This document shows positions 48,932 through 60,268 of a stretch of DNA of 64,000 nt, piece by piece (within the stretch, counting starts at the first letter, position 1; each line of letters opens with the position of its first letter). The stretch spans positions 3,328,001-3,392,000 of the forward strand of contig OY969763.1 in the NCBI GenBank assembly GCA_963702845.1, in the 5' to 3' direction. The notes beneath the pieces are model-generated. The model saw only the letters and a list, made by a program, of their open reading frames with translations, did not search any database and had not been told where the DNA came from. Origin of the DNA: an uncultured Verrucomicrobiae bacterium. Lineage in GTDB: Bacteria; Verrucomicrobiota; Verrucomicrobiia; Limisphaerales; Palsa-1400. A program made the translations under genes and the position numbers.

Positions 48932-50248
48932 TTACGTTTTCGCTCGTGCACGTAGTCTTGCAAGTCGTTGAGTAAGGACTTCAACATCATGCAACGTAAT
49001 TGTCTGCTCGATTTCTCTGCCAAATATCAGATCCAGCGTCCAATCCATCATGACTCGCAATTTTTTCGACCACCTTGGCAGCTTGGCGAGATAGACGGTT
49101 CTCCAGAAAAACCACGCGATAAATCCCGAAAACTTAAATCCGAAAACCATTGCGACTCCCGTACGCCGCCCGATGGTCGCGAGTTGTCCCTGTGTTCGGT
49201 AAACGAATGCTTTAAGTGGGCGACCGAGAACTGTCGCTTCAATATTGCGTGCTGCGGCCAGAGCTTCGCGCAAGCCGTGTTGAGCGGTTGGTGGGAAAAA
49301 CTTGCCAGTTTTAACGTCCGGGACCGCCGCTGCATCGCCAGCGGCCCACATGCCGGGAAATTCCGCCACGGCCAAAAACTCGTTCACCAAAATGCGGCCT
49401 TTTTCTTTTCGGCAAGGAAATGAATCGATGACCGGGCTCGGTCTCACGCCAGCGGTCCATAAAAGCGTTTGGGCGGGAATTTCCAGTCCGTTATTAAGCG
49501 TAACCACATATCCGTCGTAGGCCGAAACGCGCGTGTGCTTTATCACGTCGACTTTGCGCTCGCGCAATTTCTTTTCGGCATAGTTGCCGAGTTCCTCGCC
49601 CAATTCCGGCAGCAAAAAACTGTCGGGATGCACGACGATGATTCGAACGCTGTCCTCGCTCAGTTCGGGGTAATAGCGCAACGCATCGCGGACGTAGTCG
49701 TTTAGCGAACCCGTGGTTTCGACTCCAGCAAAACCGCCGCCAGCCGTAACGAACGTGAGCAACCGCTGACGCACAGCCGGATTGGTCCGCAAACTCGCCT
49801 GTTCCAAAAGGGCCACGATGCGATTACGGAGAAACGCAGCGTCGTTCAACGTTTTGATGGTCACGGCCCAATCGCTCACGCCAGGAAGATCAAAGAACTT
49901 TGTTTCGGAACCCAGCGCGAGCAGCACGTGATCGTAATCCAGGTTAAATTCAACAGGTTCCACTCCCGATACGCACTTAACGAATTTCTCTTTGCGATCG
50001 ATCGATTGCACCTCGGCTTCGACAAATCTGACATGGCGAAGAACGCGTCTAATCGGGTTGATGATGTCGCCGGCGGAAAGTTCTCCAGATGCGACCTCAT
50101 GCAGCATCGGCGTGAAGAGCGTGAAATTCTCACGGCTGACAAGCGTCACCTCGATATCATTTCGTCGAGCCAAGCCTTTATCGAAATGTATCGCCGCACG
50201 AAGGCCGGCGAAACCTCCCCCAACAATGACAATTTTCGTCGTCTTCAT
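48932..50248 (-). CDS. ndh: Type II NADH dehydrogenase family
   Basis: IVIVGGGFAGL, FTPMLHEVASG, GGGFAGVE, WTAGV, AGDAA, PPTAQH. GGAGGG RBS before the ATG at 50248. Confidence 0.9.
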   Translation of the reverse strand: MKTTKIVIVGGGFAGLRAAIHFDKGLARRNDIEVTLVSRENFTLFTPMLHEVASGELSAGDIINPIRRVLRHVRFVEAEVQSIDRKEKFVKCVSGVEPVEFNLDYDHVLLALGSETKFFDLPGVSDWAVTIKTLNDAAFLRNRIVALLEQASLRTNPAVRQRLLTFVTAGGGFAGVETTGSLNDYVRDALRYYPELSEDSVRIIVVHPDSFLLPELGEELGNYAEKKLRERKVDVIKHTRVSAYDGYVVTLNNGLEIPAQTLLWTAGVRPSPVIDSFPCRKEKGRILVNEFLAVAEFPGMWAAGDAAAVPDVKTGKFFPPTAQHGLREALAAARNIEATVLGRPLKAFVYRTQGQLATIGRRTGVAMVFGFKFSGFIAWFFWRTVYLAKLPRWSKKLRVMMDWTLDLIFGREIEQTITLHDVEVLTQRLARLRARAKT

Positions 50249-50370
50249 TCCCCTCCCTATAACAATCACCCGTGCAGGCGGACGGGTCAAATGACCGTCC
50301 ATAGCGATAACTCATACCCAGCTGTAACCGCAGCTTCCACTCGTAGCGTCTCTTGCGTATAACAACTTAA

Positions 50371-52461
50371 ATGCACCGCATTCATTTCTCTACAGGCAGG
50401 CTTACACTCGCGTTTTTTCTGAGCGCTGTCCTCGCGGTAAATGCTCAAGCGCAGGCCACAACCATCAAACCAAACATCATTTTCATTTTGACCGACGACC
50501 TGGGATTCGGTGATCTCGGCACTTTCTTTCAGCATTTTCGAAAAGAACAGAACGACCGATCCAAGCCGTGGCAGAACACTCCGAACCTCGACAGGATGGC
50601 TGACGAAGGACTCAAGCTGACTGACCATTACTGCCCTGCCCCGGTGTGCGCACCGTCACGTGCGTCGCTGATGCTGGGCGTCCATCAAGGGCACGCGAAT
50701 GTGCGCGATAATCAGTTCGACAAAGCATTGGAAAATAATCACACGCTCGCGACAGTGATGAAAGCCGCGGGGTACAAAACAGCGGCGATCGGCAAATGGG
50801 GGTTGCAAGGTAAAGGCAAAGATCCGACTTCATGGGCGGCGTACCCGACAAAGCGAGGGTTCGATTACTATTTCGGATATGTCCGACACAGTGACGGTCA
50901 CGAACATTATCCAAAAGAAGGTCTTTACCAAAAGCCGAAACAAGTTTGGGACAATGACCACGAAATTTCGGCAGAACTGGACAAATGTTATACGGCGGAT
51001 TTGTGGGCCGCACGCGCGAAGAAATGGATTGTGGATGAACAAACCACAAATGCTGCACAGCCTTTCTTTGCCTATCTCGCGTTTGACACTCCGCACGCGG
51101 TCATTGAACTGCCTACGCAAGCGTATCCTTCCGGCAGCGGTGCAAAAGGCGGTTTGCAGTGGCTCGGCAAAAGCGGGCACATGATTAATACAGCAAGCGG
51201 GACGATCGATTCGTGGATTCATCCCGATTACGCGAATGCAACCTGGGACAATGACAACAATCCAAAAACGCCAGAGGTGGCGTGGCCTAATGTCTGCAAG
51301 CGTTACGCGACGGCTGTCCGGCGAGTTGATGATTGTGTCGGTGACGTTCTCCAACTGTTGCGTGATTTACATTTGGAGACGAATACCTTGGTTGTTTTCA
51401 GTTCCGATAATGGACCGTCAAAGGAATCGTATTTAACAGCGCCGTATGCGCCGACGTTCTTCAACAGCTTCGGGCCGTTCGATGGAATTAAACGCGATTT
51501 GTGGGAAGGCGGATTTCGCGTGCCGACGATTGTGTGGTGGCCTGGAAAGATCAAAGCCGGCACGACTTCGTCTCACCCGACCCAATCGCACGATTGGATG
51601 CCGACGTTTGCGGAAGTGGCTGGAGTTCCGGCACCAGCGCGTAGCGATGGCGTTTCGCTCTTGCCTTTGCTAACGGGCAACGGCGAGCAGCGCGATTCGA
51701 TCATCTATTCTGAATATTTCCACAACGCCAAAACGCCCGACTACTCACAATTTTCAGCGGCGCATCGTGGACGGGCCCGGCAGCAGATGCAGGCCATTCG
51801 CATCGGAGATTTTCAAGGCGTTCGCTACAATGTGCAGTCGCATTCCGACAATTTCGAAATCTACGACGTTGCCCATGATAAAGGCGAACGGATCAACGTG
51901 GGGGAGAGTGCCGAATATGCACGGCTACAGCAACAGATGAAGGACGCGGTTTTGCAATTGCGCCGGCCTGATGCTGAAGCAGCACGTCCTTACGACAAGG
52001 AGTTCGTACCTGCGGCAGATCCGCATGACGCCAAGCCAGGTGTCCAATGGTCCGCTTATGAAGGTCGATTTCCCTGGGTGCCACAATTTGCCGGGTTGCA
52101 CGTGACAAAGAACGGAATCGCCGCGCAGCCAACGACCGACGTTCGCACGCGAAACAACGACGTTGGCTTGCTTTTCACCGGGCTCATCAACGTTCCCTCC
52201 GATGGTAATTACACCTTTTATTTAGATGCGGACACCGCTGCACTTCTACGTATTCATGAGGCGACGGTGGTTGATGCGGATTTTGGTTACAAAGGTGGAG
52301 TGGAAAAGTCCGGCACAATTCGTTTGAAAGCGGGCAAACATTCTTTTCGTCTTTCTTACGCAAAACAAAGCAAAGGTGAGCCGTCGTTGAAAATGTCGTG
52401 GAGCGGACCGGGTTTTGAAAAACAAGTTGTGCCGGAGAAGGCTTACTTTCACAGCAATTAA
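50371..52461 (+). CDS. Secreted formylglycine-dependent sulfatase with C-terminal PA14-like domain
   Basis: PNIIFILTDDLG, CAPSRASL, IGKWGL, SSDNG, KRDLWEGGFRVP; FTGLINVPSDGNYTFYL. Confidence 0.93.
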   Translation: MHRIHFSTGRLTLAFFLSAVLAVNAQAQATTIKPNIIFILTDDLGFGDLGTFFQHFRKEQNDRSKPWQNTPNLDRMADEGLKLTDHYCPAPVCAPSRASLMLGVHQGHANVRDNQFDKALENNHTLATVMKAAGYKTAAIGKWGLQGKGKDPTSWAAYPTKRGFDYYFGYVRHSDGHEHYPKEGLYQKPKQVWDNDHEISAELDKCYTADLWAARAKKWIVDEQTTNAAQPFFAYLAFDTPHAVIELPTQAYPSGSGAKGGLQWLGKSGHMINTASGTIDSWIHPDYANATWDNDNNPKTPEVAWPNVCKRYATAVRRVDDCVGDVLQLLRDLHLETNTLVVFSSDNGPSKESYLTAPYAPTFFNSFGPFDGIKRDLWEGGFRVPTIVWWPGKIKAGTTSSHPTQSHDWMPTFAEVAGVPAPARSDGVSLLPLLTGNGEQRDSIIYSEYFHNAKTPDYSQFSAAHRGRARQQMQAIRIGDFQGVRYNVQSHSDNFEIYDVAHDKGERINVGESAEYARLQQQMKDAVLQLRRPDAEAARPYDKEFVPAADPHDAKPGVQWSAYEGRFPWVPQFAGLHVTKNGIAAQPTTDVRTRNNDVGLLFTGLINVPSDGNYTFYLDADTAALLRIHEATVVDADFGYKGGVEKSGTIRLKAGKHSFRLSYAKQSKGEPSLKMSWSGPGFEKQVVPEKAYFHSN

Positions 52462-52591
52462 AGCAATCTCACTTCGGGTTTGTCGCTCCTCTTCAGTTAA
52501 GATTTCCGCCGAAAACAACAAACCGGCAAAATGACGAGTTCGCAACACGCTCTCGACATTTCTCCACGAAGCGCTAATGTCGCGCCGCTGC

Positions 52592-53413
52592 ATGAATCTG
52601 GAAGACAATATTGGTGACATCATTCGTAAAGGCCGGTTGGCATCGAACGCAACTGCTGCGACTGCGACCGCAGCGGCAGGCCTTTCCGAAGCGGAATTGG
52701 CCGCGATCGAGGAATCCGGCCAGATCACAAAACAACCCAACTGGGCCGCGCTTGGCAAAGCTATTGGCCTCGACGCCATTAAGCTTCAGCGCATCGCCGG
52801 AGGTTGGAAACCCAGCGGCATCGATATTTCTGTTTGGCGCGAATTGCGTCAGATTACCACGGCTGGCAACGGCATAACCGTTAATTGCTATCTCGTTTGG
52901 GATGAAGTTAACCGCGAGGCCGCCCTCTTCGACACCGGATTTGACGCCGCGCCCATCTTTCAACTCATCGACGAGAATGGCTTGAACCTGCGCCATCTCT
53001 TCATCACGCATTTGCATGAGGATCACGTTGCCGCGATGGAACCGATTCGGCAGAAATATCCAAAAATTCATTTGCACGTGAACTCGAAAACCGTGCCGCC
53101 ACAACATCGCACGCGAGCGAATGACTTCCTGCACCTCGGCAGTTTGCGAATGACCAATCGCGAAACACCGGGGCACGCCGAAGAAGGTGTTACCTTTATC
53201 GTTGGAACCTGGCCCGAAGACGCACCGCACGTCGCAATCGTTGGCGATGCCATTTTCGCCGGATCGATGGGCAGCGGCAAAGAACACTGGGATTTGGCGA
53301 AACAAAAGGTTCGCGAACAAATCCTATCTCTACCGCCAGAGACTTTGATTTGCCCCGGTCATGGGCCAATGACAACCGTTGCACAGGAAAAGGAAAACAA
53401 CCCGTTTTTTTGA
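52592..53413 (+). CDS. Metallo-beta-lactamase fold hydrolase with N-terminal HTH-like segment
   Basis: THLHEDH, TPGH, GDAIFAGS, PGHGP. Confidence 0.88.
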   Translation: MNLEDNIGDIIRKGRLASNATAATATAAAGLSEAELAAIEESGQITKQPNWAALGKAIGLDAIKLQRIAGGWKPSGIDISVWRELRQITTAGNGITVNCYLVWDEVNREAALFDTGFDAAPIFQLIDENGLNLRHLFITHLHEDHVAAMEPIRQKYPKIHLHVNSKTVPPQHRTRANDFLHLGSLRMTNRETPGHAEEGVTFIVGTWPEDAPHVAIVGDAIFAGSMGSGKEHWDLAKQKVREQILSLPPETLICPGHGPMTTVAQEKENNPFF

Positions 53414-53415
53414 GC

Positions 53416-54249
53416 TCAGGCACCCGCGTGCGCGTGCTCAGGCTCGTTTTCCCGGCCGACATCGGCGTCCATTTCGTCCCACACCTTGCGCAAGACGTCA
53501 CGGCTGTATTGCAAGTAGTGGTGATCTTTCGCAAACACCTCGAGTGTGATCGTTTCATCGTAACCGGCTTGCTTCAGAGCACGAATGCAGCCGAACAAAT
53601 CCAAATTGCCTGTGCCTAAGGGCAAATGGAGATCAGCGGTGCCGCCTTTGTTATCGTGGAGATGAACGTGTTTCAGGCGTGAACCGTAGGCCGAAATAAG
53701 TTCTTCGTAGGAATTGCCGGTTTCTGATCCGAGCAAATTGCAGTGCCCGATGTCGAGGTGCAGCCCCAGATCCGGCAACGGATCCAAAAGTTCCGATAAC
53801 TGTTCAACGGAATTAAAATGCATCGGGACATTCTCCACCATCAGGCCAATGCCGGCATCACGCGCAATCGGCAACAGTTCACCAAACGTCTCTAGATTGA
53901 AGCCAATGATGTCTTCACGCTCGTGCAGATGTTGTTCGCGGTCGGGATGGATATTCATCCACTTCGCTCCGAGAAAAGCAAAAATCTCGATGCACTTTTT
54001 CAGCTCCTCACAGGTAGCCTTTCGCAAACTGCGGAAGGGGGAGCCGATCGGTAGATAGTATGCTGTGTGTCCGACGACCGGCAGCTTGCGTCGTTGCAAA
54101 ACGTCGCGAATAGCTTTTGGATTAATCTGCCACGACGCGGCGGACGGCGGCTCGAGCGTCAGGTCGACGAAGCCCAAGCCCATGTCGGCCATCCATTGAA
54201 TTTCCGTCAACGGATCGCAAGCCGGATGATTCATCGCTCCAATCAACAT
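53416..54249 (-). CDS. Sugar-phosphate isomerase/epimerase (AP endonuclease 2 TIM barrel)
   Basis: MVEN, LDIGH, HVHLHDN, DLHLPLGTG, ITLE. Confidence 0.88.
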   Translation of the reverse strand: MLIGAMNHPACDPLTEIQWMADMGLGFVDLTLEPPSAASWQINPKAIRDVLQRRKLPVVGHTAYYLPIGSPFRSLRKATCEELKKCIEIFAFLGAKWMNIHPDREQHLHEREDIIGFNLETFGELLPIARDAGIGLMVENVPMHFNSVEQLSELLDPLPDLGLHLDIGHCNLLGSETGNSYEELISAYGSRLKHVHLHDNKGGTADLHLPLGTGNLDLFGCIRALKQAGYDETITLEVFAKDHHYLQYSRDVLRKVWDEMDADVGRENEPEHAHAGA

Positions 54250-54293
54250 GTTCCACTCCTTTTCGCCAAATCTCCCAAAATATTTCGGACGTT

Positions 54294-55148
54294 CTAAACC
54301 TGCAGCAAATCTGTTCCTTGCCCCAGCGGCGCAAACCAACTGCGCGAATCCAAGAGCGTCGCACGAATGCGGGTCACCTCATCGTCCTGACCAAGCATCG
54401 CTGGCGGAAGCCCCGCCCGCGCTCGCACAAATGCGGGGATCTTTCCCGCTCGATCGGGGCACAGCCATTCGAACATGTGCAACAAGCCGAAAAGCAGCGC
54501 CTCGTCTTCACGCGCACGGTTGATCAAATGCTCCCAATCCAAAAGATGCCCGGACACGTACAGAATATTGATCACATCTGGCCAGTCGCAACGGTCTCTT
54601 TGCATCACGTACATCTTCTGCCAAAGCATTTCCTCGGCAGGAATGACCCTGAGTTTGTCCCCGTGGATGGTCAGTTCGTGCGACCGTTCGAACCACACGT
54701 CGTCAATATCCGCCCGGCGGTTAGCCATCCGGAAAATCAGATCGACGATGAAATTGTCCATTACGCTGCGGTAAATCCAACGACGGTCGTACGCCACCTT
54801 GGGATAATAATCCTCAAATCCAGCGCGGGCCAAAGCGGCTGCAGCACGCGGCGCGTGTTCGGGAAGTATAAAAAAGTCGACATCCTTTGTATCCCGCAAC
54901 CGGCCAGTGTAGGACGCCAGCCCGTAAGCACCACCGAGGAGAAAATCCACCTGTTCTGCGCGCAAGACATCAATCGCCCGTTTACAAATCGCCCATTGCT
55001 GCGGGCTGATTAGACCGGTCCAAGCCGGCTCGTTGAATTCGCCTACTTCTAGCCTCTCGAGCCCCTCGGCCACCTCTTTCACACTACCAAGATACCCTTT
55101 CATCTCATTCGCGCAAATCGCCGCGTCTTTATCAACCAATCCGTTCAT
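54294..55148 (-). CDS. Pol-beta-superfamily nucleotidyltransferase-like protein
   Basis: FLLGGAYGL..YTG..RDTKDVDFF, VDLIF, RDRCDWPD. Confidence 0.8.
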   Translation of the reverse strand: MNGLVDKDAAICANEMKGYLGSVKEVAEGLERLEVGEFNEPAWTGLISPQQWAICKRAIDVLRAEQVDFLLGGAYGLASYTGRLRDTKDVDFFILPEHAPRAAAALARAGFEDYYPKVAYDRRWIYRSVMDNFIVDLIFRMANRRADIDDVWFERSHELTIHGDKLRVIPAEEMLWQKMYVMQRDRCDWPDVINILYVSGHLLDWEHLINRAREDEALLFGLLHMFEWLCPDRAGKIPAFVRARAGLPPAMLGQDDEVTRIRATLLDSRSWFAPLGQGTDLLQV

Positions 55149-55300
55149 ATACCTCCATCTCTTCTTTTTCGGCGTCTCAGGTGTGTGTAAAGCACGAGCT
55201 CGGCCAAAACAAAAATTTGCGTTGCGGCAAAGTGCGGCGATATTCCAGCGCCAAAAAGCTTAACGGAGAATCGGGGTTTGGCTTATGAGACATAAAAAAC

Positions 55301-55855
55301 ATGAGCAAATTGTTGAGAACGTTTCGCACGAAATATTGCAAGCTGGCGCTGCTGGTCGGCCTGGCTGGTCTCTCCGGCTCGTCTTACGCTGAAACTCCCG
55401 AGCATTTCGCTCATCGTTTCGCCAATTTCAAATTCGAATACCACGCCGATGTTCAGGACCCGGCTGTGTTCCTGAAAACGAAAAAAGGTGACTGCGACGA
55501 TTTCGCCACTTTGGCGCACGACACCCTGTCGCGCGAAGGTTACACCACCCATTTGATCACCGTCCGCATGCCCGGCGAAACTCACGTCGTCCTCTATGTC
55601 GACGAAGTTCACGGTTATCTCGATTACAATTTCCGCAGCGCCAAACATCCGTGCTTGCCGAGCGACGGCAAGTTGCAACACATCGCGTCGCAAGTGGCCA
55701 GTTCGTTTCATCAACCATGGTTGGCCGTTTATGAATTCAACTACTTTCGCAAGATGAAGCACCTCGTCACTGACATTGTCATGAACAACGACGGTCATTC
55801 GACACACGGCCCGATCCAAATCGCGGCCGCGGGTGGCCAGCATCCACGACACTGA
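55301..55855 (+). CDS. Secreted transglutaminase-like cysteine-protease-fold protein
   Basis: Signal peptide, KGDCDDFA, ETHVV, YLD. Confidence 0.7.
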   Translation: MSKLLRTFRTKYCKLALLVGLAGLSGSSYAETPEHFAHRFANFKFEYHADVQDPAVFLKTKKGDCDDFATLAHDTLSREGYTTHLITVRMPGETHVVLYVDEVHGYLDYNFRSAKHPCLPSDGKLQHIASQVASSFHQPWLAVYEFNYFRKMKHLVTDIVMNNDGHSTHGPIQIAAAGGQHPRH

Positions 55856-55995
55856 CCTGACGGGTCACTCGGCGCTCAACTTTTATGTTGACAGCAACCA
55901 GGTATGGAACGATTGTGCCTCTCCCTTGCAAGCAACAGCCTGATTCTCTCCCTCTCGGAGGCTCCGGGAAAACCGTGGTATAAACTAAACGTGTC

Positions 55996-56436
55996 ATGTT
56001 GCAACTTCCTCCGCCGCATCGGCTTAAGGCCGTCGAATTGGGAATTATCGAGCCCGAAGCCGTCGTTCCTCGGGAATGGATCTACGACCTTTGCGTCCTT
56101 TGCCCGGCCTCTCCTGAAGATTTCGTCGGTTTCTTTCGGCACTATGGCGCGACAAGCGAAGTCGACGACAACACTTATATTGCACTCGTTGCCGGCGGAT
56201 TTTTCCGGAAGACCCTGGATGCCACGGCGGTCACCGCTCTTTTAGCCAAACGATTTGCTAACTACACAAGAGTCGACGCCGGTTTGCGCGGGTGCATGGA
56301 ACAGTTGAGCAACGAATTCACCAGCGCCCAACGTGCCACGGAAATTTGCGTCGAAGTTCTGACGCCCTATCAAGCGCTCGCCGATCGCCTTCTCGGCGAC
56401 TTACCCGCGCCGGACGAGTTTTCCTTTTGGCAGTAA
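55996..56436 (+). CDS. Hypothetical protein
   Basis: 146-aa ATG ORF filling the intergenic gap; no recognised motif. Confidence 0.45.
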   Translation: MLQLPPPHRLKAVELGIIEPEAVVPREWIYDLCVLCPASPEDFVGFFRHYGATSEVDDNTYIALVAGGFFRKTLDATAVTALLAKRFANYTRVDAGLRGCMEQLSNEFTSAQRATEICVEVLTPYQALADRLLGDLPAPDEFSFWQ

Positions 56437-56505
56437 TTGAATGCGGACGGGCAAAAAACTTGCGCAAGCCACAACCTGTGGCAACTTATCTTCAGCTTTT
56501 TCCTT

Positions 56506-56844
56506 ATGCAGAAACCTAAGATTGTTGCTTACCTGAAACCGACTTGTGGCTGGAGCCAAGGTGTTCGCGCCGTTATGCGCAAATACGAATTGCCCTTTGA
56601 AGATCGTGATATCATCAACGATCCCAATCAGCGCCAGGAGATGATTGAGAAAAGTGGCCAGATGCTCAGCCCCTGTGTTGAAGTGAACGGCAAAATGCTC
56701 GCCGACATCAGCGGTGAAGAAGTCGAAGCATATTTGCTCGCGAATACTTTGGTGCAGAACAATGACCGCGTGCCTGACGCACCGATCAATCAGGCTTGCG
56801 CCCACGAAATGCCGCAAGCTGCGCCGCTGAATTTCAAAGTTTAA
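56506..56844 (+). CDS. Monothiol glutaredoxin-like protein
   Basis: YLKPTCGWS, SGQMLSPCVEVNG. Confidence 0.8.
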   Translation: MQKPKIVAYLKPTCGWSQGVRAVMRKYELPFEDRDIINDPNQRQEMIEKSGQMLSPCVEVNGKMLADISGEEVEAYLLANTLVQNNDRVPDAPINQACAHEMPQAAPLNFKV

Positions 56845-56851
56845 TACTTTC

Positions 56852-56913
56852 GTAGCCGCCGACGTGAGGAGGCGGAGGCATTCCGTGAAGTGCCTCCTGA
56901 CGTCGGCGGCTAC
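56852..56913. repeat. GTAG-type REP-like palindrome
   Basis: gtagccgccgacgt-gaggaggc...gcctcctg-acgtcggcggctac. A degenerate half-copy lies at about 60726-60749. Confidence 0.75.
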
Positions 56914-56919
56914 ATTTTT

Positions 56920-58063
56920 ATGGAAGCTCCCTCGACTCTCACCGTCGGCACAAAGCTGACACTCACGATCGACGACATCGCCTTCGGAGGCGAAGGCGTT
57001 GGCCGTGTCGGTGAGTTTGTCGTGTTCGTGCCATTTGTGGCCGTCGGCGAGACGGTCGAGGCGGAGGTGATTGAGGTCAAAAAAAGTTTCGCGCGCGCCA
57101 AGCTTTTGCAGGTGACGCAACTTCCCCTCAGCGCGTCACCCCACAATGCCAATACTTCACTGCATGCGGCGGCTGCCAATATCAACATCTCGATTACTCA
57201 ACGCAACTCGCGTTGAAGCACAAACAAATCGTCGACTTATTCCAGCGCGTCGGCGCGTTTGAAAACGCTCCCATCGATCGCTGTTCTCCCCTGCCCTCAA
57301 CCCTACGGCTATCGCAATCGCATCATGATTCGAAGCCAATGGAATAAACCAGAGCAGAAAGCTAAACATCGGCTTCATCCGCGCCGACTGCGGTCTGGTC
57401 GAAGACATTCACGAATGTAAAATCGCTGAGCCCGCGCTGAACGAACAAATTCAGCACGTCCACAAAAACCCGCCACCAAAAGGCGGCATCAAAGTCGTGC
57501 TGCGCATCCAGCCCGAAGGTTGGGAAGTTCCGCGCGATTCATTTTTCCAAAACAACTTTTTCCTGCTGCCGACACTTGTCGACGTGCTGCGCGAGCGGAT
57601 CAAAGATGCTGGCACGAAACACTTGATCGATGCCTATTGCGGCGTCGGTTTCTTCAGTCTCGAGCTCGCGAGCGCTGTTGAACGCTTCACCGGAATCGAA
57701 CTCGATGCGCTGGCGATCAATGCCGCCCGTCGCAACGCCGAAACGCGCAACGCCACCAACGGCGAATTTATTTCCGGCAGCACGGAGCAATTTCTGCCGC
57801 AGGTCTTACAAAAAGCTGAACCGGCAAAGACGACGATCATTTTGGATCCTCCGCGCGTGGGGTGTCAGCCGCAAAGTCTCGAGCTTTTACGCCTGCTTAA
57901 ACCGGCGCAATTGATTTATGTCTCGTGCCATCCCGCAACACTTGCGCGCGACATCAAAATTTTGACCGAAGGCGGAGTTTTTAAGCTGAACAAAGTCATT
58001 CCGCTCGACATGTTCCCGCAGACCCAGCACGTCGAGTGCATCTCTGATTTGCGTGCGCAGTAA
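56920..58063 (+). CDS. TRAM-domain RNA m5U methyltransferase (RlmD/TrmA family), frameshifted
   Basis: IDDIAFGGEGVGR (TRAM), CGGCQYQH in another frame, SFFQNN, DAYCGVG, LDPPR, YVSCHP, DMFPQTQHVE. Confidence 0.85.
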
Positions 58064-59530
58064 TCAGGCGAGGATACTCTTCACCACGTTGCGTTCTTCT
58101 ACACCCGTCAGCCTTTGATCGAGGCCCTGGAACTTATAGGTCAGCCGGCGGTGATCGATACCCAGGCAGTGCAGAGATCGTCGCATTGATTTCGCTGATG
58201 TGCACCGGGTCTTTGACGACGTTGTAGCTGAAATCGTCCGTCTCACCGTGAACGACGCCGCCTTTAATTCCACCGCCTGCCATCCACATCGTGAAGCAGC
58301 GCGGATGATGGTCGCGGCCGTAATTGTCGCGTTCGAGTTTGCCCTGGCAATAAACCGTGCGGCCAAATTCGCCGCCCCAAACGACGAGCGTGTCATCCAG
58401 CATGCCGCGTGATTTCAAATCTTTGATCAGAGCCCATGCAGGCCTGATCGACATCGCGGCATTGCAATGGCAAGTCGCGCGTGAGATCGCCGTGATGGTC
58501 CCATTCGCGATGGAAAAGCTCGATGCAACGCACGCCACGTTCGGCCAAGTCGTCGGGCCATGAGTGCACTGTGGGCAAATGTTCCAGGCGTTGTGACATC
58601 AGGGCCATAAAGGTCGAGCGTCGCTTTAGTTTCCTTGGAGATATCGACCAGGTCCGGCACGGAGGCCTGCATGGCAAACGCCATTTCATATTGCGAAATG
58701 CGCGTGCTGATTTCCGGGTCGCCGACTTGCGGTGATATTCGATCTGGTTCAGCTTCGCCGAGCGCGTCGAGCATGTCGCGGCGTGCCTTTGCGATCAACG
58801 CCAGGAGGATCATTGATGTAAAGAACCGGATCGCCTTTGGCGCGCAGGCTCACGCCGGCGTGTTTCGTGGGCAGAAAGCCTGCGCCCCACAAGGCGTTGA
58901 TAAAGGGCCTGCGCATCGCGCTTAGCTGACCAACTCGGTGTCATGACGACGAACGACGGCAAGTTGTCCGCCTCGCTGCCAAGTCCGTAGGAGAGCCACG
59001 AACCAAGACTCGGTTTGCCAGGAATTTGGTTTCCAGTCTGGATGTAAGTTACCGCCGGGTCATGATTGATCGGCTTCGGTGTAAACGCTTCTTACGACCG
59101 CAAGTTCGTCGGCAACCTGCGCGGTTTGTCCATCAGTTCGCTGAACCAAATCCCGGATTTCCCGCGCTGCTTGAATTTGTATTTGGAAGGCGCAATCGGA
59201 AAACGCGTTTGGCCCGAGGTCATCGTCGTCAGTCGTTGCCCATGCGGATCGAGTCCGGCAAATCGGTGTCGTAAATTTTGTCGAGGCCCGGTTTGTAATC
59301 GAGCAAATCGATTTGCGACGGCCCGCCGTTCATGAACAGATAAATGAGCCGTTTCGCTTTCGGCGCAAAATGCGGAAGTCGCATTCAATGCCGCGATGCG
59401 CTTTGCCCGGCAAGCCTGTTCCAACGCCCGCAGCGCGCAACAAATCAGGGAACATCATTCCCGCCAGACGCGATGTGACCCAGCGCCATGCCGGTCGATT
59501 TAAAAAAGTGCCGACGTGTCAACGCATGTT
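58064..59530 (-). pseudogene. DUF1501-family protein, multiply frameshifted
   Basis: Fragments: [63 protein letters not shown]...VVKSILA. Confidence 0.8.
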
Positions 59531-59596
59531 GATGTTGTTGAAATAGATCCACGAGTATTATCTAAGACGTTTATTCGCTGGGTAACATTCGGTATT

Positions 59597-60268
59597 TTAT
59601 GTCGCCGTGTTGCGCGGCGCAAGCGATTGCTCGTCCAATGTTTCCGATACTTCAAACATTCGGCTCGGCCACATCCTTCGCATTCAAAATCGCTGAAACC
59701 ACACAAATCCGCGTCGCACCTGCTGCCAGCACCTCATCGATCGTTTGCAAATTGATCCCACCAATCGCGAACCACGGAATTTTCACATTGTCTCCGCCCA
59801 ACTCACATACTCCAAAGTCACCGGCTTCGCCGTCGGCTTCGTCCCTGTCGCAAACACAGGCCCAATGGCAATGTAGGCTGGTTCAGCGGCGATCGCGCGC
59901 GCTGCTTGTTCCGGCGCATGGGTGCTTAAACCAATCGAACGGACGGCTTCCCGTCGCAAACCTGCGAAACATTGGTGAAGCCGGCATCAAAAAAGTCTTC
60001 CTGGCCTAAATGACAGATGTCCGCTCCAACTTTCACCGCCACGTCACAAAAATCATTGATGACCAACCGCACTTGGCCGCCCGCGTCACCGGCAGGATCT
60101 GTTCTGCCATGCGGCAGACTTCATCAGCAGTTGCAGTCTTTGCGCGCAACTGGATGATGTCGGAGCCGCCATCGCAGAGTCGGCGCGCCACCTCCGCCGG
60201 ATCGCGTCCGTGCAGGTACGCGGTGTCGACAAAGGTATAGAGCTGGCACTGGGCAAGCGGTTTCATCA
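59597..60268 (-). pseudogene. thiE: Thiamine-phosphate synthase, multiply frameshifted
   Basis: LYTFVD...[50 protein letters not shown], spread across frames. Confidence 0.78.
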
